Assembly (NCBI GenBank): GCA_030704615.1
Contig: CM060732.1
Coordinates: 5,146,001-5,210,000, forward strand
Length of the DNA stretch: 64,000 nt
Direction: 5' to 3'
Origin: Takakia lepidozioides
Taxonomy: Eukaryota; Plantae; Bryophyta
The stretch's first letter is position 1. The number at the start of each line of letters is the position of its first letter. The notes beneath the pieces were generated by a model that was not told the DNA's origin, did not search any database, and saw nothing but the letters and a program-made list of their open reading frames with translations. This document shows, piece after piece, positions 50,026 to 63,072 of the stretch. The position numbers were made by a program, and so were the translations under genes.

Positions 50026-53000
50026 AACAGGAGCCAAGAGCCCACATTTGCGGTGCAGGTTGCGCTTCGCCCCTTCCTACATCATTTGCTTTGCAAAGCC
50101 TCCATCCCACGCCTGTGCATATCTTGTGATCATCGCGTTCCATCTCTCATCTCTCGGCTTGATAGTACTTAGAAAACGCGCAGGAGAAAGAAAAAAAAAA
50201 AAAACCCAAGTCCCAGCCCTCTAATGGGCAACCCTATAAGCAATTTTTTTTTAAAATTTAACCTTTTGGTTACCAAGCTTGCACTAGAAGTCATTCCGGT
50301 GACTATTTGGTGGCAAGCTCGCGCTAGTCAACCCTCGTTGACCACCCTTTCCTCTAGTGCGGAGTCATACAGTCACGACGACGTCTACCAAAGTAGTCGT
50401 AGAGGACTACGTAGTCACGCAGTCATTTCAACAACTACGTGAAGACCCATTTGGTCCAAAAATACAAAGAAGTCATGGTCAAAGTCAGGAAAACCATGAC
50501 TACCGCGCCTCGGCAGTCAGATATACCGCGATCTGTTGTAGTGTGGTCTTTTCCACTCGAAGTTTCCGACCCTGCAATGGATGTGTGGCTCAACCGCATG
50601 ACTTGGTGGTTCCAGGTAATTCAAGGTACTTCCCCCGATTTGCTTTGCTGGAATGAATTCACGTGACAAATGCATGTTGGAAACGCAGGTAATGACGAAT
50701 GCGAAGGAGCAAGTCGTAATGCATAGTGATTCGTTCGGCTTGTACGTCAAATGGGATGGAACACAGACATTGGAAGACTATGTGACACGTTTCAGATGTG
50801 CGTACAAGGACAACCTCTTCGCCAGGGAGCTGCGGACAGCAAGAAGGAGCGTGGAGTTTACACACCAGGAGGGGGCGGGAAAAGCTGCAATGCGAATTGT
50901 GTACAGGAAGCCCAGCTCCCGTTGTATGCAAAAGCTGGGTTATGAGGTTTGTCTGGGAAATGCGGCACCGCATTCGCACTTTATCGTTTCGATTGCACTC
51001 TGCGAGTACATTCTCATAACTTGTGTTCACGCATGTTGACTGTCTTGCAGGTATATGAAATACGTGCTACTTAAGATAGGGGCCCTGGCGCAAGAGCCCC
51101 CGTTTTTCATGGCTTGGACCGTGCCGGAACCAAGCTGTGTCTACCTACCAGAGATGCAGAAACAATGGCATGCTGCGCATCTCGTTGGATGCCCGTGACC
51201 TGGACATGTCTGGCGGACTTGTTGACGAATCGGAGAAAGATCTGCACGCAAAAGCGGAGGAGAAGAGAAAGGAAAGACGTGTCCCTGCTGGGCCTGAGTC
51301 GGCAAAGGACGCTGCTGCTCTGGAACAATCCATAAAGGCAGCTGAGATGGCATAGAAGACGGTGGATGCAGCTGTGCAGGCTCAACAGAAGGGGTCGAAG
51401 AAGAGGACTCGCCAGCAAGGAGCAGCAGTTGTGACACCCAAGAAGACGAAGAAGCAGAAATAGAAAGAGCAGGAAGAGGGTGACGAAGAAGACGATGATG
51501 GAGACTTTGCAACCAGCCCACCCCCAAAACGCAGCTGAAATCCCCTGTGCCCACCGTTGTCACGAGAGGGACGAGAACAAGCTCAGCCAAGAAGGCACTC
51601 TTCAATCCCCTAGGGGGGCACCCTTTCGAGCCGGTGGAAATGAAGAGGCCGAAAGTGGAGCCAAAAACAGTAGTTCAGTGTGTCAATGAGAGTTTCTTGG
51701 CGGCTTTGGACGGACGGGCAGCCAAGTTGGCATACATCAAGACCATGGAGGGTCTGAAGGGCAGAGCACTGAAGAAGGCGGCTGAAGCAGAGCCTTCCGA
51801 CACCCCTGGGTTTCTGAAGATGGTCTCGTTCTTTGAGAGGGTGTGTGCAGACAAGGATTGTAGGAGGGGCGGAAATGCCACCGAGTGGCCTTGCGATATG
51901 ATCATCTTGGATATTCCGGACGGAGAGCCTGTGGAAGGACTGCAAGCTTTGCCATCTTGGAACAGGTACTCCGAGGACTTTTGGAAGAAAGGATTCGGGC
52001 TCGCCCGCATGGTGTTGGACGACAGAGGCTATGTGGTTGCCCGGGCGAGCAGAGGCAAAAACACGCAGACAGGAATTGCGAAGTGGACCCGCAAGACCGC
52101 CGTCCCAATTCTGAAGAAGAAGTGGACGTGCATCAACACATTGGGCCTTCGGACGGAAGGGAAGAAGGTAATTACAACATTGGCACTCGTCCTTTCATTT
52201 TCTTAGGAGTTTTGAAATGCGGTGCCGCATTCGATTTCTAATCGTTCCCCACTGTGTATGCAGACAAAGCAGTTTGATGCATACTGCTTTGTGAAGGAGA
52301 ACTCCACCTTTGCTTTCCGGAAGGAGGGATTGTTGGTTGACCCGAACTGCGACCCCATCGATTACGACGTCCTATTCAACAATGTTCCCACGGAACTCCT
52401 CCCCCATAGTCTCACTTCAACGGATCCCCTGCGGTATTCATGGACTCGGAGCCTTGCCTTCATCCAGACAATTATGGAGGCATGCACTGACCTGGAGGGC
52501 AGAGTGCTGGACCTCATCTGTGGAACAGGTATGCAGATTCTTGTACTATGTTGTTCTGTGAATTCTCATTCTGTTCAAATTCGCCATGTGTGAACGGCCA
52601 TTTTTCAATGAGTGGATAGCATTGTAACAGGTGCCTCAATGTGGGTTGGGCGATTTTCCAACCGGCACCTCTTTGCCTACGAGGAGGACACATCCGTCTG
52701 GGGATCCCATTTGGAAGGGCTTCAACAAAATGTGAAGGCTCCCATCGAAGCCAAAGATTCCTCGGATTCGTCGGAGTCGGAGGAAGAATGCCGAGGAGAA
52801 CCCGGAATACGAGTGAGTGCAAACATTGTAAGTTTGCAAAGCCTTCTGGGTGATTTTTTGTCAAACGCATTTCCGGACTGTGGTTCTCATTGGTCTCGTG
52901 GGTGATTGTTATGTGCAGGATTCCAGGATCCGGGTCGGAACATGTAGGGCCTACACTTCTTGCCAGGACGAATGTCCCGTTCTTTGCGAGGGCCGACTTC

Positions 53001-56000
53001 ATGAAGAGCCCGGTGAAGGACTACTCTCTTCCTAGTTATGCAGCTAAACTCGCAAATACAACGATTACACGATGTGAGAATCCCAGTAAAGTAGAGCAGA
53101 TTTTGAAGAGGGCTAGGGAGGACAGAAGGATAAGGAAAGAGTTGGCAGCAGCTGAGACAGGTAGACGGGTGCGAAAGTTCATATGTGATTCAGCGGAAGA
53201 GAGCGATGCAGACAGGGCGGACGACAACCCAACGGAGGTGAGATGGTCGGTTCCGCAAGGGGAAGATGGGATTTTCAAAAGCCTGGCCAACGAGCAGTCC
53301 GCTGGACATGAGAAAGGCAATGACGGGGTGGAAGGGGCGCAGGACATCAAGGACAGGACGACGATAGTGATGATTTTCAAAGATTGGTAGAATTTTAATT
53401 AACTCTCTGTACATTTAAATTCTCTTCCAGAGCATATAAAGGAAATTCTCACCGTCCTTCATGTCCCCTCTCCCATGTGCTTCTCAACGACACCATCGTC
53501 CAAACCACGTCCCTCCCAAAATCGGAAATGCGGCACCGCATTTCCATGTCGGAACGGAAATGTGGGAACTGCAAGAACCTCGTTTGGAAATGCGACACCG
53601 CATTTCCAAAACCGGGGCAAGAACAATTTTCCGCTTCCTGGTTTGGACATCAGAAACTGTTCGGCCGAACGGAAATGTCGTGCCGCATTTCCGTTTTCGA
53701 CACGGCAGTTTTAGGGAAATGGAAATGCCACCCCGCATGCGGAGGTCGAACACGTTATTTACATGGCAGACATGGAAATGCGGTGCTGCATTTCCATTTT
53801 GGAGATGGATGTTTATCCAACTCCAGACCGATCGACGGAAATGCGGCTCCGCATTCCATTGTCCAATAAGAAATTTCGATGACGTACATGGAAATGCGGC
53901 ACCGCATTTCCAGAACGGACATCGTTGTTTGTCCAATTCCAGACCCTTGGACGGAAATGCGGCACTGCATTCCATTGTCCAATAAGAAATTTCGATGACG
54001 TACATGGAAATGCGGCGCCGCATTTCCAGAACGGACATCGTTGTTTGTCCAACTCTAGACCCTTGGACGGAAATGCGGCACCGCATTCCATTGTCCAATT
54101 CGAAATTTTGATTACAGACATGGAAATATTGTGCCGCATTTCCAGAACAGACTTCGTTGATTGTCCAATTCCAGACCCTTCGACGGAAATGCGGCACCGC
54201 ATTCCATTGTCCAATAAGAAAACTTGATGACGGACATGGAAGTGCGGTGCCGCATTTCCAGAACGGACATGGACATGCATTGGCGATTGGACATGCTTGG
54301 ACAATTCAAGGTCCAATATGAAAATGTGGTGCCGCATTTCCAATTCGAAGTATGGTAATGCCATGTCAAGAAATGAAATGCGGTACAACATTTCCGTTAC
54401 GACCACAACGGAGGAAAGGGAGCTGCCAGAAATCGCAGCATGGAGAAAAATGAAATGCGGTGCCGCATTTCCGAGCTTGAGCATGTACATGTTTCCTTTT
54501 ACTCATACATGGATTTCCTTCACCTCAGGACCCTGATATCGTTGACTCTGGTATATTCATGTGGAAAGACACATTGTAGAAATGAGACCACAAATTGTAG
54601 ACAGTGGGCCAATTACAGCAGTTCTTGAACACAATAAAACACAGCACACAGAAGTGAGGTACGATGGGTTGTTTTATTGATCAAACACGTTGTCTCACAT
54701 TTAGCAACTCTTGACAAATCTAAGCCCTTCCGCCTTCTACATGGGCGTCACCAAGTCGACGGAACTTCGATAGCCCTCAAAACAAGCTCTTTACTGAACG
54801 GGCACCTCTAGGTAAACTGCAATGCGGTCGTTCTGTTGCCCTTGGTGGAGCTGACGACAATGTCATGCCCATCAATGATACCACCATCATACATTGACAA
54901 GGTCGTTGTGGGCCTAATGTGCCCGTGCGATTCGTCTTCGCAACTCAGCCGAATGTCTCCATACACTGGAAGAGCGGATCGAACTCCACGAATATAGTTT
55001 TCCCCGGTGCCGTCCTCCCTGGTCCACCGGCAGCAGTTCCAACGCCAAAGTGAGGCCGTGCGTGATTTGTCCAGCATCCCATTCCAGCTTGGTATATCGA
55101 GGTCAACAATTTTCAGGACCCGCGGACCGCATTAACCCTCGCCCTCACCTCGCTCAAAGCGGTAATAGCCCTCCAAATACTCCATTGCGCGCAAAGACTC
55201 CCGCTTGATTTCAGAAGCGTCTGTGAAAACAGAGAGCCATACAATGATGTCTCCTGATTCTGGTTTGAACATAGCATAATCGTGGCCATGATAAGGGCAG
55301 TCAGCAGGATTGCGGCGGCACGACATCCTTGCAAAAGATTAGCGGAGTACGCTCAATGACAACAGCTCCCGGATGGAGGAGGCAGCAGTGCGGTGGCTGA
55401 AAGAAGTTGAAGCAAACGCTGCAATTCCTCACTAACACTCCAGGGCACATTTAAATTCCCCCCCTACAGGAACCTGCACGGATGAAGATTGGCTGCTCCA
55501 TGAATGTAGCCGTTTCAGTTTCCTTCCCTGCCATGCAAACTATGGGCAGTAAGTGCCAGGTGGGCCTATAGCCACTCGAGACGATGAAGTCCATCCCCCC
55601 TTCGATGTAAATGCGGCGCCGAATTTCCATCCGGGGGATGGACTTCGGTGGCAGATTTCAAACTATACCCCGTGGATGAGAAAGAGGTATCGGGTCATCC
55701 ACCGCTGGCGTGATGAACACGTTACACGATGGTTGGTGGGTACGTGGGACCCAGATGCTCCATTATTGGAGCCCGCACTGCTCTTCCGCTTCTAATCATT
55801 TCAAAAATCTAAGGGCTTCGTTGCTGTCCGCAAGGTCATTGTCATCGGCATCAAAGACGTCCTCAGGTCCTCCTTTGCAAGGATGTCATGCTTCTGGAAC
55901 CGGGATGACTGCCCTTATGGAGGCTTTGATTATGCAATGTATTCGGCCACATCGGGAGACATCGTTATCTGGTACACAGATTACACAGAAGATACTCGTT

Positions 56001-56911
56001 CGAATGTGGAAACATTGTCCGCTTTTGAGTATATCCCAGGCCACTACGCCTTCGAGCGGGGTGACGATCTTGGTCTGAGGAGTCCGTGGCTCCTGCGCAT
56101 CCTTGATTCCAATTTTCCCAGCTATGACCGGCATCCATGCAGAAGAATGCGCACTGCTATGCTGTTGCGGTGGAACTGCTGCCAGTGGACGTGGGTGGAC
56201 TCCATCGGAGAGACGTATACTCCTGAAGGAGTGCGCTCCTCTTCTCCATTGTATGGGGACATTCTCATTGGTGTGGACGACGAAAACGTGAAGCTTTCCA
56301 TATTCGATGGTGGTATGATTGAAGGGCACGACATTGTGGTGAACATCAACAGGGCGGTACAACGGCTGCAATCCAGTTTACCTCGAGGAGCCCGATGACT
56401 CATGAGCTAGTTCTCAGAGTAGTCGAAGTCCCATTGACAACGTGGCTTGTATTCAGAAGGCACAGGGCTAAAGATTTGTTTGCACAATCAGCACAGTAGA
56501 CGTGCTTCAAATGCAATTCATGTGGATCAATAAAAACCCCATTGTGCCCTCTTTTTGTTCTATTCTGCATCCATCGTTCCCAGAATGCATCATTCCTCAT
56601 TTCGTTTGGGATTGGGAGTGTGGGTGGATTTTGCAAGTGGCTGGTAGGCTGAAATGGGCCCCCATTGTACAGAGCAGTACCACCCTACCATTCGTGAAAC
56701 ATTGCCTTTCAATATGTAATTCTAAAAAACATTGCCGAACCTCCTTCATCGGGAGGTCCTTCTCCCCCTATGACCGTGATACCCTGAACCCTATTCCCGC
56801 GGACACTCATTTCCGGAAAATAGTCCTGCTCATGTTTTTTTTCGACACTTACGACTCTGCTCATGGCTCATGCCACTCATGGCTCATGGCTCATGAAATA
56901 GCAGCCCCCCT
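50026..56911 (+). repeat. Second copy of the 6.9-kb segment (CACTA end, gene A 3' half 50544-53390, array 53524-54472, gene B 54749-55502, gene B' 55553-56499, terminus 1)
   Basis: Near-identical to 32524-39406. Confidence 0.96.
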
Positions 56912-58430
56912 CTCGAGCCTCCATCCCGCACCCTTGTTGTGCATATCTTGCAATCATCACACTCCACGACACCACATCTCGTTCAGCCATACTGTCAAAC
57001 ACTCCATTTGCATCCTCGATGCACCCACATTTGACATACATGTCCACCAGGGCAGAGTGTTCAGAATGAAATTGGGTACAATTCCAGATTTGATAATGTC
57101 ACCATGGACCTCTTTGCACTTTTCCAAGGCTGCCAGGCTTGCACACGCATTAAATGCAAACAAACATCATGTAGTTGGGCTTCACCCCCTTCGCACATCA
57201 TTTGCTCATAGGTCTCCAAAGCCTCCATCCCGCACCCTTGCTGTGCATATCATGCAATCATCGCACTCCACGACACCACATCTCGTTCAGCCATACTGGC
57301 GAACACTCCCTTCATACATGTCCACGAGGGAATTGTTCAGAATGACAATTGGTACAACTGCAACTCTGACCATGTCGCCATGGACCTCTTTGCCTTTTTC
57401 CAGAGCTGCCAGGCTTGCACACGCATTGCTAACGCATAGAAACGTGATGTGGTTAGGCTTCACCCCCTCCCCCATCATCTGATCATAGGTCTCCAAAGCC
57501 CCCATACCACGACCCTGTTGTGGATACCCTGCAAGCATCGTCTTCAATGACACCACATCTTGTTCAGCCTATTGTTGAAAACTCCCTTTGCATCTTTAAT
57601 GCACCCACATTTGGCATACGAACGTGATGTGGTTGGGCTTCACCCCTTCGTACATCATTTGCTCGTAGGTCTCCAAAGCATTCGTACCACACCCATGCTT
57701 GGTAAATCCTGCCAACATTACATTCCACGTGATCAAAGATGGTTGAGGCATTCTGTTGAACACTTGGTGAGCATCCATGATGCTCCCGCACTTAACATAC
57801 ATGTTGACAAGGGTGTTGAGTAGAAAAACATTTTGCTAAATCCACTTTGGATAATGTGAGTGTGCACCTGCTTTCCAGCTTCAAGGCCTTTCATCTTGAT
57901 GCACTTATGTAAGAGACAAACATACGTATCTGAATCTGCTGAAATGCCTCATTGGTTTAAAGTCTCTTCTTTCAGTCAGTCTGCCTCACAAAGCATCTTC
58001 ACCTGCCCAGAAGTGCCAGAAGAGGCATTGTGGACTCCCTCTCTTGATCCTCTTCCAGAAGCTGTGGTCATGGTTGAGGCGCTTGATGAGATGGAAAAAC
58101 AGGGTGAAATAGGTCGAAGAAGAAGGTGCCCTCACCACATTGTCCTTGAACTTGTGTCATGACCCAAGAATGCCTGGACTAGCAGTGCCTGATCTGTCAG
58201 TCTGCCTTCCGCACAAACATGCCCAGAAGTGCCAGAAGAGGCATTGTGGACTCCCTTTCTTGATCCTCTTTCAGAGACTGTGGTCATGGTTGAGGTGCCT
58301 GATTCTATCAACTGTGTCGTTGCAGATGCTGCCTTTAGTTGACCATCTACCCATGCAGGTTTATTGTAGCTATTGATCCACATGGAATCATAGGTCATCT
58401 GGAGCTTGAAGTCCGGCCCTCTGGGTGAAT
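56912..58430 (-). pseudogene. PDF-motif + PLS-PPR fusion gene remnant
   Basis: PRGPDFKLQMTYDSMWINSYNKPAWVDGQL, a linker, VKMLCEAD.LKE, GISADSDTYVCLLHKC..GKQVH, MYVKCGSIMDAHQVFNRM, then further PPR repeats, all on one strand. Confidence 0.8.
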
Positions 58431-58619
58431 CTGTCCACCCACACACTATCCCTGCTCCTTCAGCTATCCATGCCTCTGCACAAATCATACATACATCCTT
58501 GCCTTGTTACTATCAGCTGACAATGACAGCCTAGATTTGTTCTAGGAAACATCCAACTCAACTCATCACACTAGTTCCTATGCTCAATTGCATCTGCTAC
58601 TCTATGTAATCCAATAGGC

Positions 58620-59060
58620 ATTGGTCCACGAGGGTATTGTCCAGAATCACATCTGGTACAATTCCAGCTTTGGCGATGCAACCATGCACCTCTTGGCCCT
58701 TTTCCAGGGCTGCCAGGCTTGCACACGCACTGCAAACGCACACAAACGTGATGTGGTTGGGCTTCACTCCTTCCCCATCATTTGCTCAGAGGTCTCCAAA
58801 GCCTCCATCCCACGCCCCTGTTGTGCATACCCCTGCAAGCATCGCATTCCATGACACCACATCTCGTTCACCCATAGTGTTGAAATTAACTCCTTTCACA
58901 TCCTCGATGCACCCACATTTGGCATACATGTCCACCAGGGGCAGTGTTCAGGATGACATCTAGTACAATTCCAGCTTTGATGATGTCACCATGGACCTCT
59001 TTCCCCTTTTCTAGCGCTCCCAGGTTTGCACATGCATTGCAAACACAAACAAATGTGGTA
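58620..59060 (-). pseudogene. PLS PPR repeat fragment
   Basis: TFVCVCNACANLGALEKGKEVHGDIIKAG; close homolog of 43523-43950. Confidence 0.85.
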
Positions 59061-59725
59061 CGTATGCTAAATGTAAGCCCCAAATATAAAGCCCTTGCAG
59101 TGATGGCCACTAACCACATTTGCATGCTTGCCTCTATCTCTCTCTTCAAATGGGCTCTGGTGTTGAACAAGAAGACTGATGGATGAAAGGGTTCAGACCC
59201 ACTCCACAAGTGCTAGACATAGTAGCTTCACCCCCGTGTTTCCTTGGTGCATTCCTCTCGTGGGCAATCTAACAGCAATGCAAACAAATCAGATATGCAG
59301 GTAGTTCAAATGCCAAAATCATACCCAAAGCAGACACTGATGAAGCGTTGAGTATCTCCTGACAGTGGGGCACCTCCAAAGATCAATCCACGGAGACCGC
59401 CCCCAAGAATAGTCTGAATTTTCGTGAATACCCAAGGCATCCCAGAGCAGTTTCTCGTCCCCATGCTCCAAATCAGTTTCCTTCAATCGCTGCAAGCCTG
59501 CGCTTGAACGCCAGATTAAACAGAGCCTTGGATAGCCCTCCCGTGAAATCAACCTGCTCCAAAGAGGTGATCAAATGAATTAGCCCGACTCGGCCACCAC
59601 TTCGAGGCATGTTGGGAGTTGGTCAATTAGATCCAAAGGTCAATCCATTGAGCAGGCAGCAGAGCATGTTGGATTGCATGTGACATCTGTTAAAGAATTC
59701 TGTAGGACAATCAAGAAATAGACAT

Positions 59726-60160
59726 CACTACAAGAGATCCTGGCTTTTTTTACACAAAATTTTACACCCCTGTAAAATTTCGATGGTGTAGAATGAGCCA
59801 GTGTAAAAAAAATCGCTTCGTGTAGACTAGTCTACACCAGGCTCACACCTTCTGTGGTCAACGGTTGTTGACCGTGAAGGTGTCCAACAGTGTACAAGGC
59901 TTATCTCACTCCGGTATGAGAATGAGCCATATAGTGTAAGTTAATCCACACAATGGGGTGGAACCATATGATGTGGCATGCTGACTATACATAGTGTGAG
60001 AAAGGTTACTTGGTTTATTTTACACTAGTGTAAATTATGCCACATTGGTAGTACACGTCGATTAAGGGACTCAGAGGTGGCATGCTGACTAGACATGGTG
60101 TGAGAAAGGTTACTGGGCTTATTTTATACTAGTGTGGATTATGACACATTGGTAGGGCAA
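59726..60160 (+). mobile_element. CACTA left end
   Basis: CACTACAAGAGA at 59726 (complement of the 46423-46434 TIR); TTACAC/GTGTAA repeats; ~80-bp tandem duplication at 59973/60077. Confidence 0.75.
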
Positions 60161-60311
60161 AATTCTAGCGACGACCGAAGGTCGGAAGCTAGTTTAGCGT
60201 AGAGAAGATATAGGGTGCCATAGTGCCTCGCCATCGTCGTCATGTCATCGTCGCCACGTTTTGTCGTCGTCAAATTTCGTCGGACCTGCCCGCACAGCCC
60301 GAACATAACAG

Positions 60312-60355
<44 letters not shown>

Positions 60356-60429
60356 GAAAAGAAAACCGGGAGAGATGTGCGCGAGGAAGGGAGGATGATG
60401 CCCCCGCGTCCTTGAGCGCGTTTACGAGG

Positions 60430-60826
60430 TTCTTGGGAAAGTCAGCTTGGTCTTAGCAGTCCGTGTTTCAATCTCTGCCTGCTTAGCTGCACCGTGGTGG
60501 TTCTCACAGACCAAGCCGACATTACCTGACTACAGACACAAGCAGCACACACAAGAGGTCGTTTTGGGTTGATGGTCGTTCAAATCCTCCATGGGTCATG
60601 CCACAAGGTCAAGGACAATGTGGTGAGGGCTCCTTCTTCGATCAAATCTGGAATTGTGCCCGATGTCATTCTGAACACTGCCCTAGTGGACATGTATGTC
60701 AAATGTGGGTGCATCGAGGATGCAAATGGAGTATGGCTGAACGTGATGTGGTGTAGTGGAGTGTGATGATTGCAAGATATGCACAACAAGGGTGCGGGAT
60801 GGAGGCTTTGGAGACCTATGAGCAAA
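60430..60826 (+). pseudogene. Degenerate PDF motif followed by a PPR fragment
   Basis: WWFSQTKPTLPDYRHKQ..TQE..WVDGRSNPPWV, then SGIVPDVILNTALVDMYVKCGCIEDA. Confidence 0.65.
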
Positions 60827-62896
60827 TACCACTTCCAAGATAGGGTTTGTTCTTGTGGGGATTACTGGTGAAACACCAGTCTGGATGGCAGAAGTGTGAG
60901 GGGGAGTTGAGACAAGAAGGTCTCTAAGCACTTGTGCGAAGAAAGGCCAGCTTCCAATATGGTAGAAGTATGGTGAAAAGGGTAGAGGGGAGAATTTGAC
61001 TCCATGGTAGGCCCAAAGTTAAGTGACAAGCAGCTCGTGGCATAAGAGAGAAGAACTGTGGACCTTGGCTTTATCATGTCCAGGGGAGGCTCGAGAAAAA
61101 GTGACACACAGAGCCAGAGAGCGTACTCGAAAAAAGTCAGTGAAAGGAAGAGATGCATATCAGGAGCTTGTGATACACGATTGAAGAAATGGAACAGGTT
61201 TGAGGTTATGTGACCCTAGCTCCAAAAGCATCTGAGCTACTGCAGATGCTGGCAACAATAGTGGTGCAGACACTCTCACCAGCCAGGGCAAAGGTGGGGC
61301 CCACTCATTGGATTAGCATGCAAAGGAGTGAAGGTAAAGGCATAAACAGTAACTGTAACTGGTCTTAAGGGGACGTTGGGGGCCCGCTATCAGGCATTGA
61401 CCAAGGTCTACAGTAGGATGATGCGGCTGGGTGAATGCACACCTTCTTGTGATGCGGACACACCAGTGACTTGTCTCCTTTCTGTTTGTGTGTGAGAGGG
61501 TAGGAGGCTCCACACACTTCTTGCCGTAGACCTCTCCGGCATGGATAGGGTTCGGGAGGGGGGGTGGTGCATGCATATTCACTTCATGGGTTTTACAATG
61601 CTTTTAATAACCCGTGTACTTGCCCCCAGAGCCATGCTCTTGCCACCATTGAAAAAGTTTGCAGTTTCTTGAATATGATTAATAAATGTCATGGATACTT
61701 CCCTTGAGACAATCTAAGAGTAAAACCGGCAGTACAGGTCTCACAGATGCTGCCTTGGCAGCATATAGAAGATGCCAACATTGAGAGAGCCAAGCAGGCC
61801 TTTATTGAACAGATCATGCAAGTGCATGTATTTGGTCCAAGTTCAGTTAAATGTTGTTCTGTTCATACCTTGCCTAGGACTGACACATAAAATTGGAATG
61901 AAACTAAACCCTATTGGCAGTTCATTGTCTGCAAGCAAGTGCCTGACTCTGGACTTGAACATTGCACAATTTCCTAAAGGTGAAAGCAGACTAAGGTGTC
62001 TACATTTTTGTGTCACAGCAGTGTTGTACATGACATAGTTTGATTCAATTGTACCTTAGAGACAAATTTATTACAATGATGAAATGGGACTCACTCTTAT
62101 GTTTCCAACTACTACAAGCTATAATCTTTAAATTCTTGCCAAGACATGAAGTTGATTTGTCGAAGTAATAGACTTTAGAGAATTGCATACGCAGTGTCAC
62201 AGTCCAGAAAAAGACTTCTTATGGATTTTTTGCACTCACTATAGAAAACAAATATGATAAAAAGGACTCATATTAGTATTGATCTATTCTTTAGGATACT
62301 AAAGTCCTATAAAAAACATCAAAAAGTGAAATTTCTTATTTCTATATATTATTATGAACCTCGAAAAACTGATTTTTGCCAAAGTACATCAATGCATGGA
62401 AACAAAGTAAAACAATGGACTTGCTTCACTAAAAGATACATTTCATGTAGATGAAGAGTAGCCCCGAGTCCCACTATGCGATATAACGAAAATATAAAAT
62501 ATAGGAAATAAAGTAAGAAAATAAAAATAATAGCTTGTACTAGGAAAAATAGAAATAATGCCATAGTGTCTGATACTGTCAACTTTAGATGGTTCATATC
62601 TTTCAGCATGGATGGATCTAGCGACTACAATTTTTCCATAATCATCAAATCAAGACTCTGAAAAACCTTAGGACTTCTTGTGTAGGCCACACAGTGGACT
62701 TTTTCTAGCCACCGTAGTTTGCTTTCACCCTAAGATAACAGAAAGAAGCATCCAAATGAGCATAACCCTTCCCATGAGAGCTCGGTCCATTTTTCTATGG
62801 TTGGTTTTGATAAACAAGCACCTGAGCGTGTAAGGGGAAGCACCGAGCTTCGGTAAAAACCAATGTTGTGCAGGTAATGTCTTTTTAAGGAACCCG

Positions 62897-63072
62897 ACGG
62901 GTCTAGGTTCGGGTTTTCTTTTGGAACCAAGTCTGGGTCCGGATCCAGTGTTTTTGAAATTTGGGAAAATCCGGGTCCGGGTTCGGGTCCGGGTTTTTCA
63001 ACATGGACTCGGGTCCGGGTCGGGGTAGTTGTTAAGAAGTATTAGCGGGTTCATGGGTTCGGATCCGGGTCC
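62897..63072. repeat. GGGTCC/GGGTTC-rich repeats, probable hAT-type subterminal region
   Basis: Multiple CGGGTCCGGGTTCGGGTC units; CAGTGTTTTT at ~62946 resembles a hAT terminus. No partner end was seen. Confidence 0.4.

Noticed and set aside
60830-62900. Short ORFs possibly from a retroelement or host gene
   Set aside because: No recognisable motif; left unannotated.
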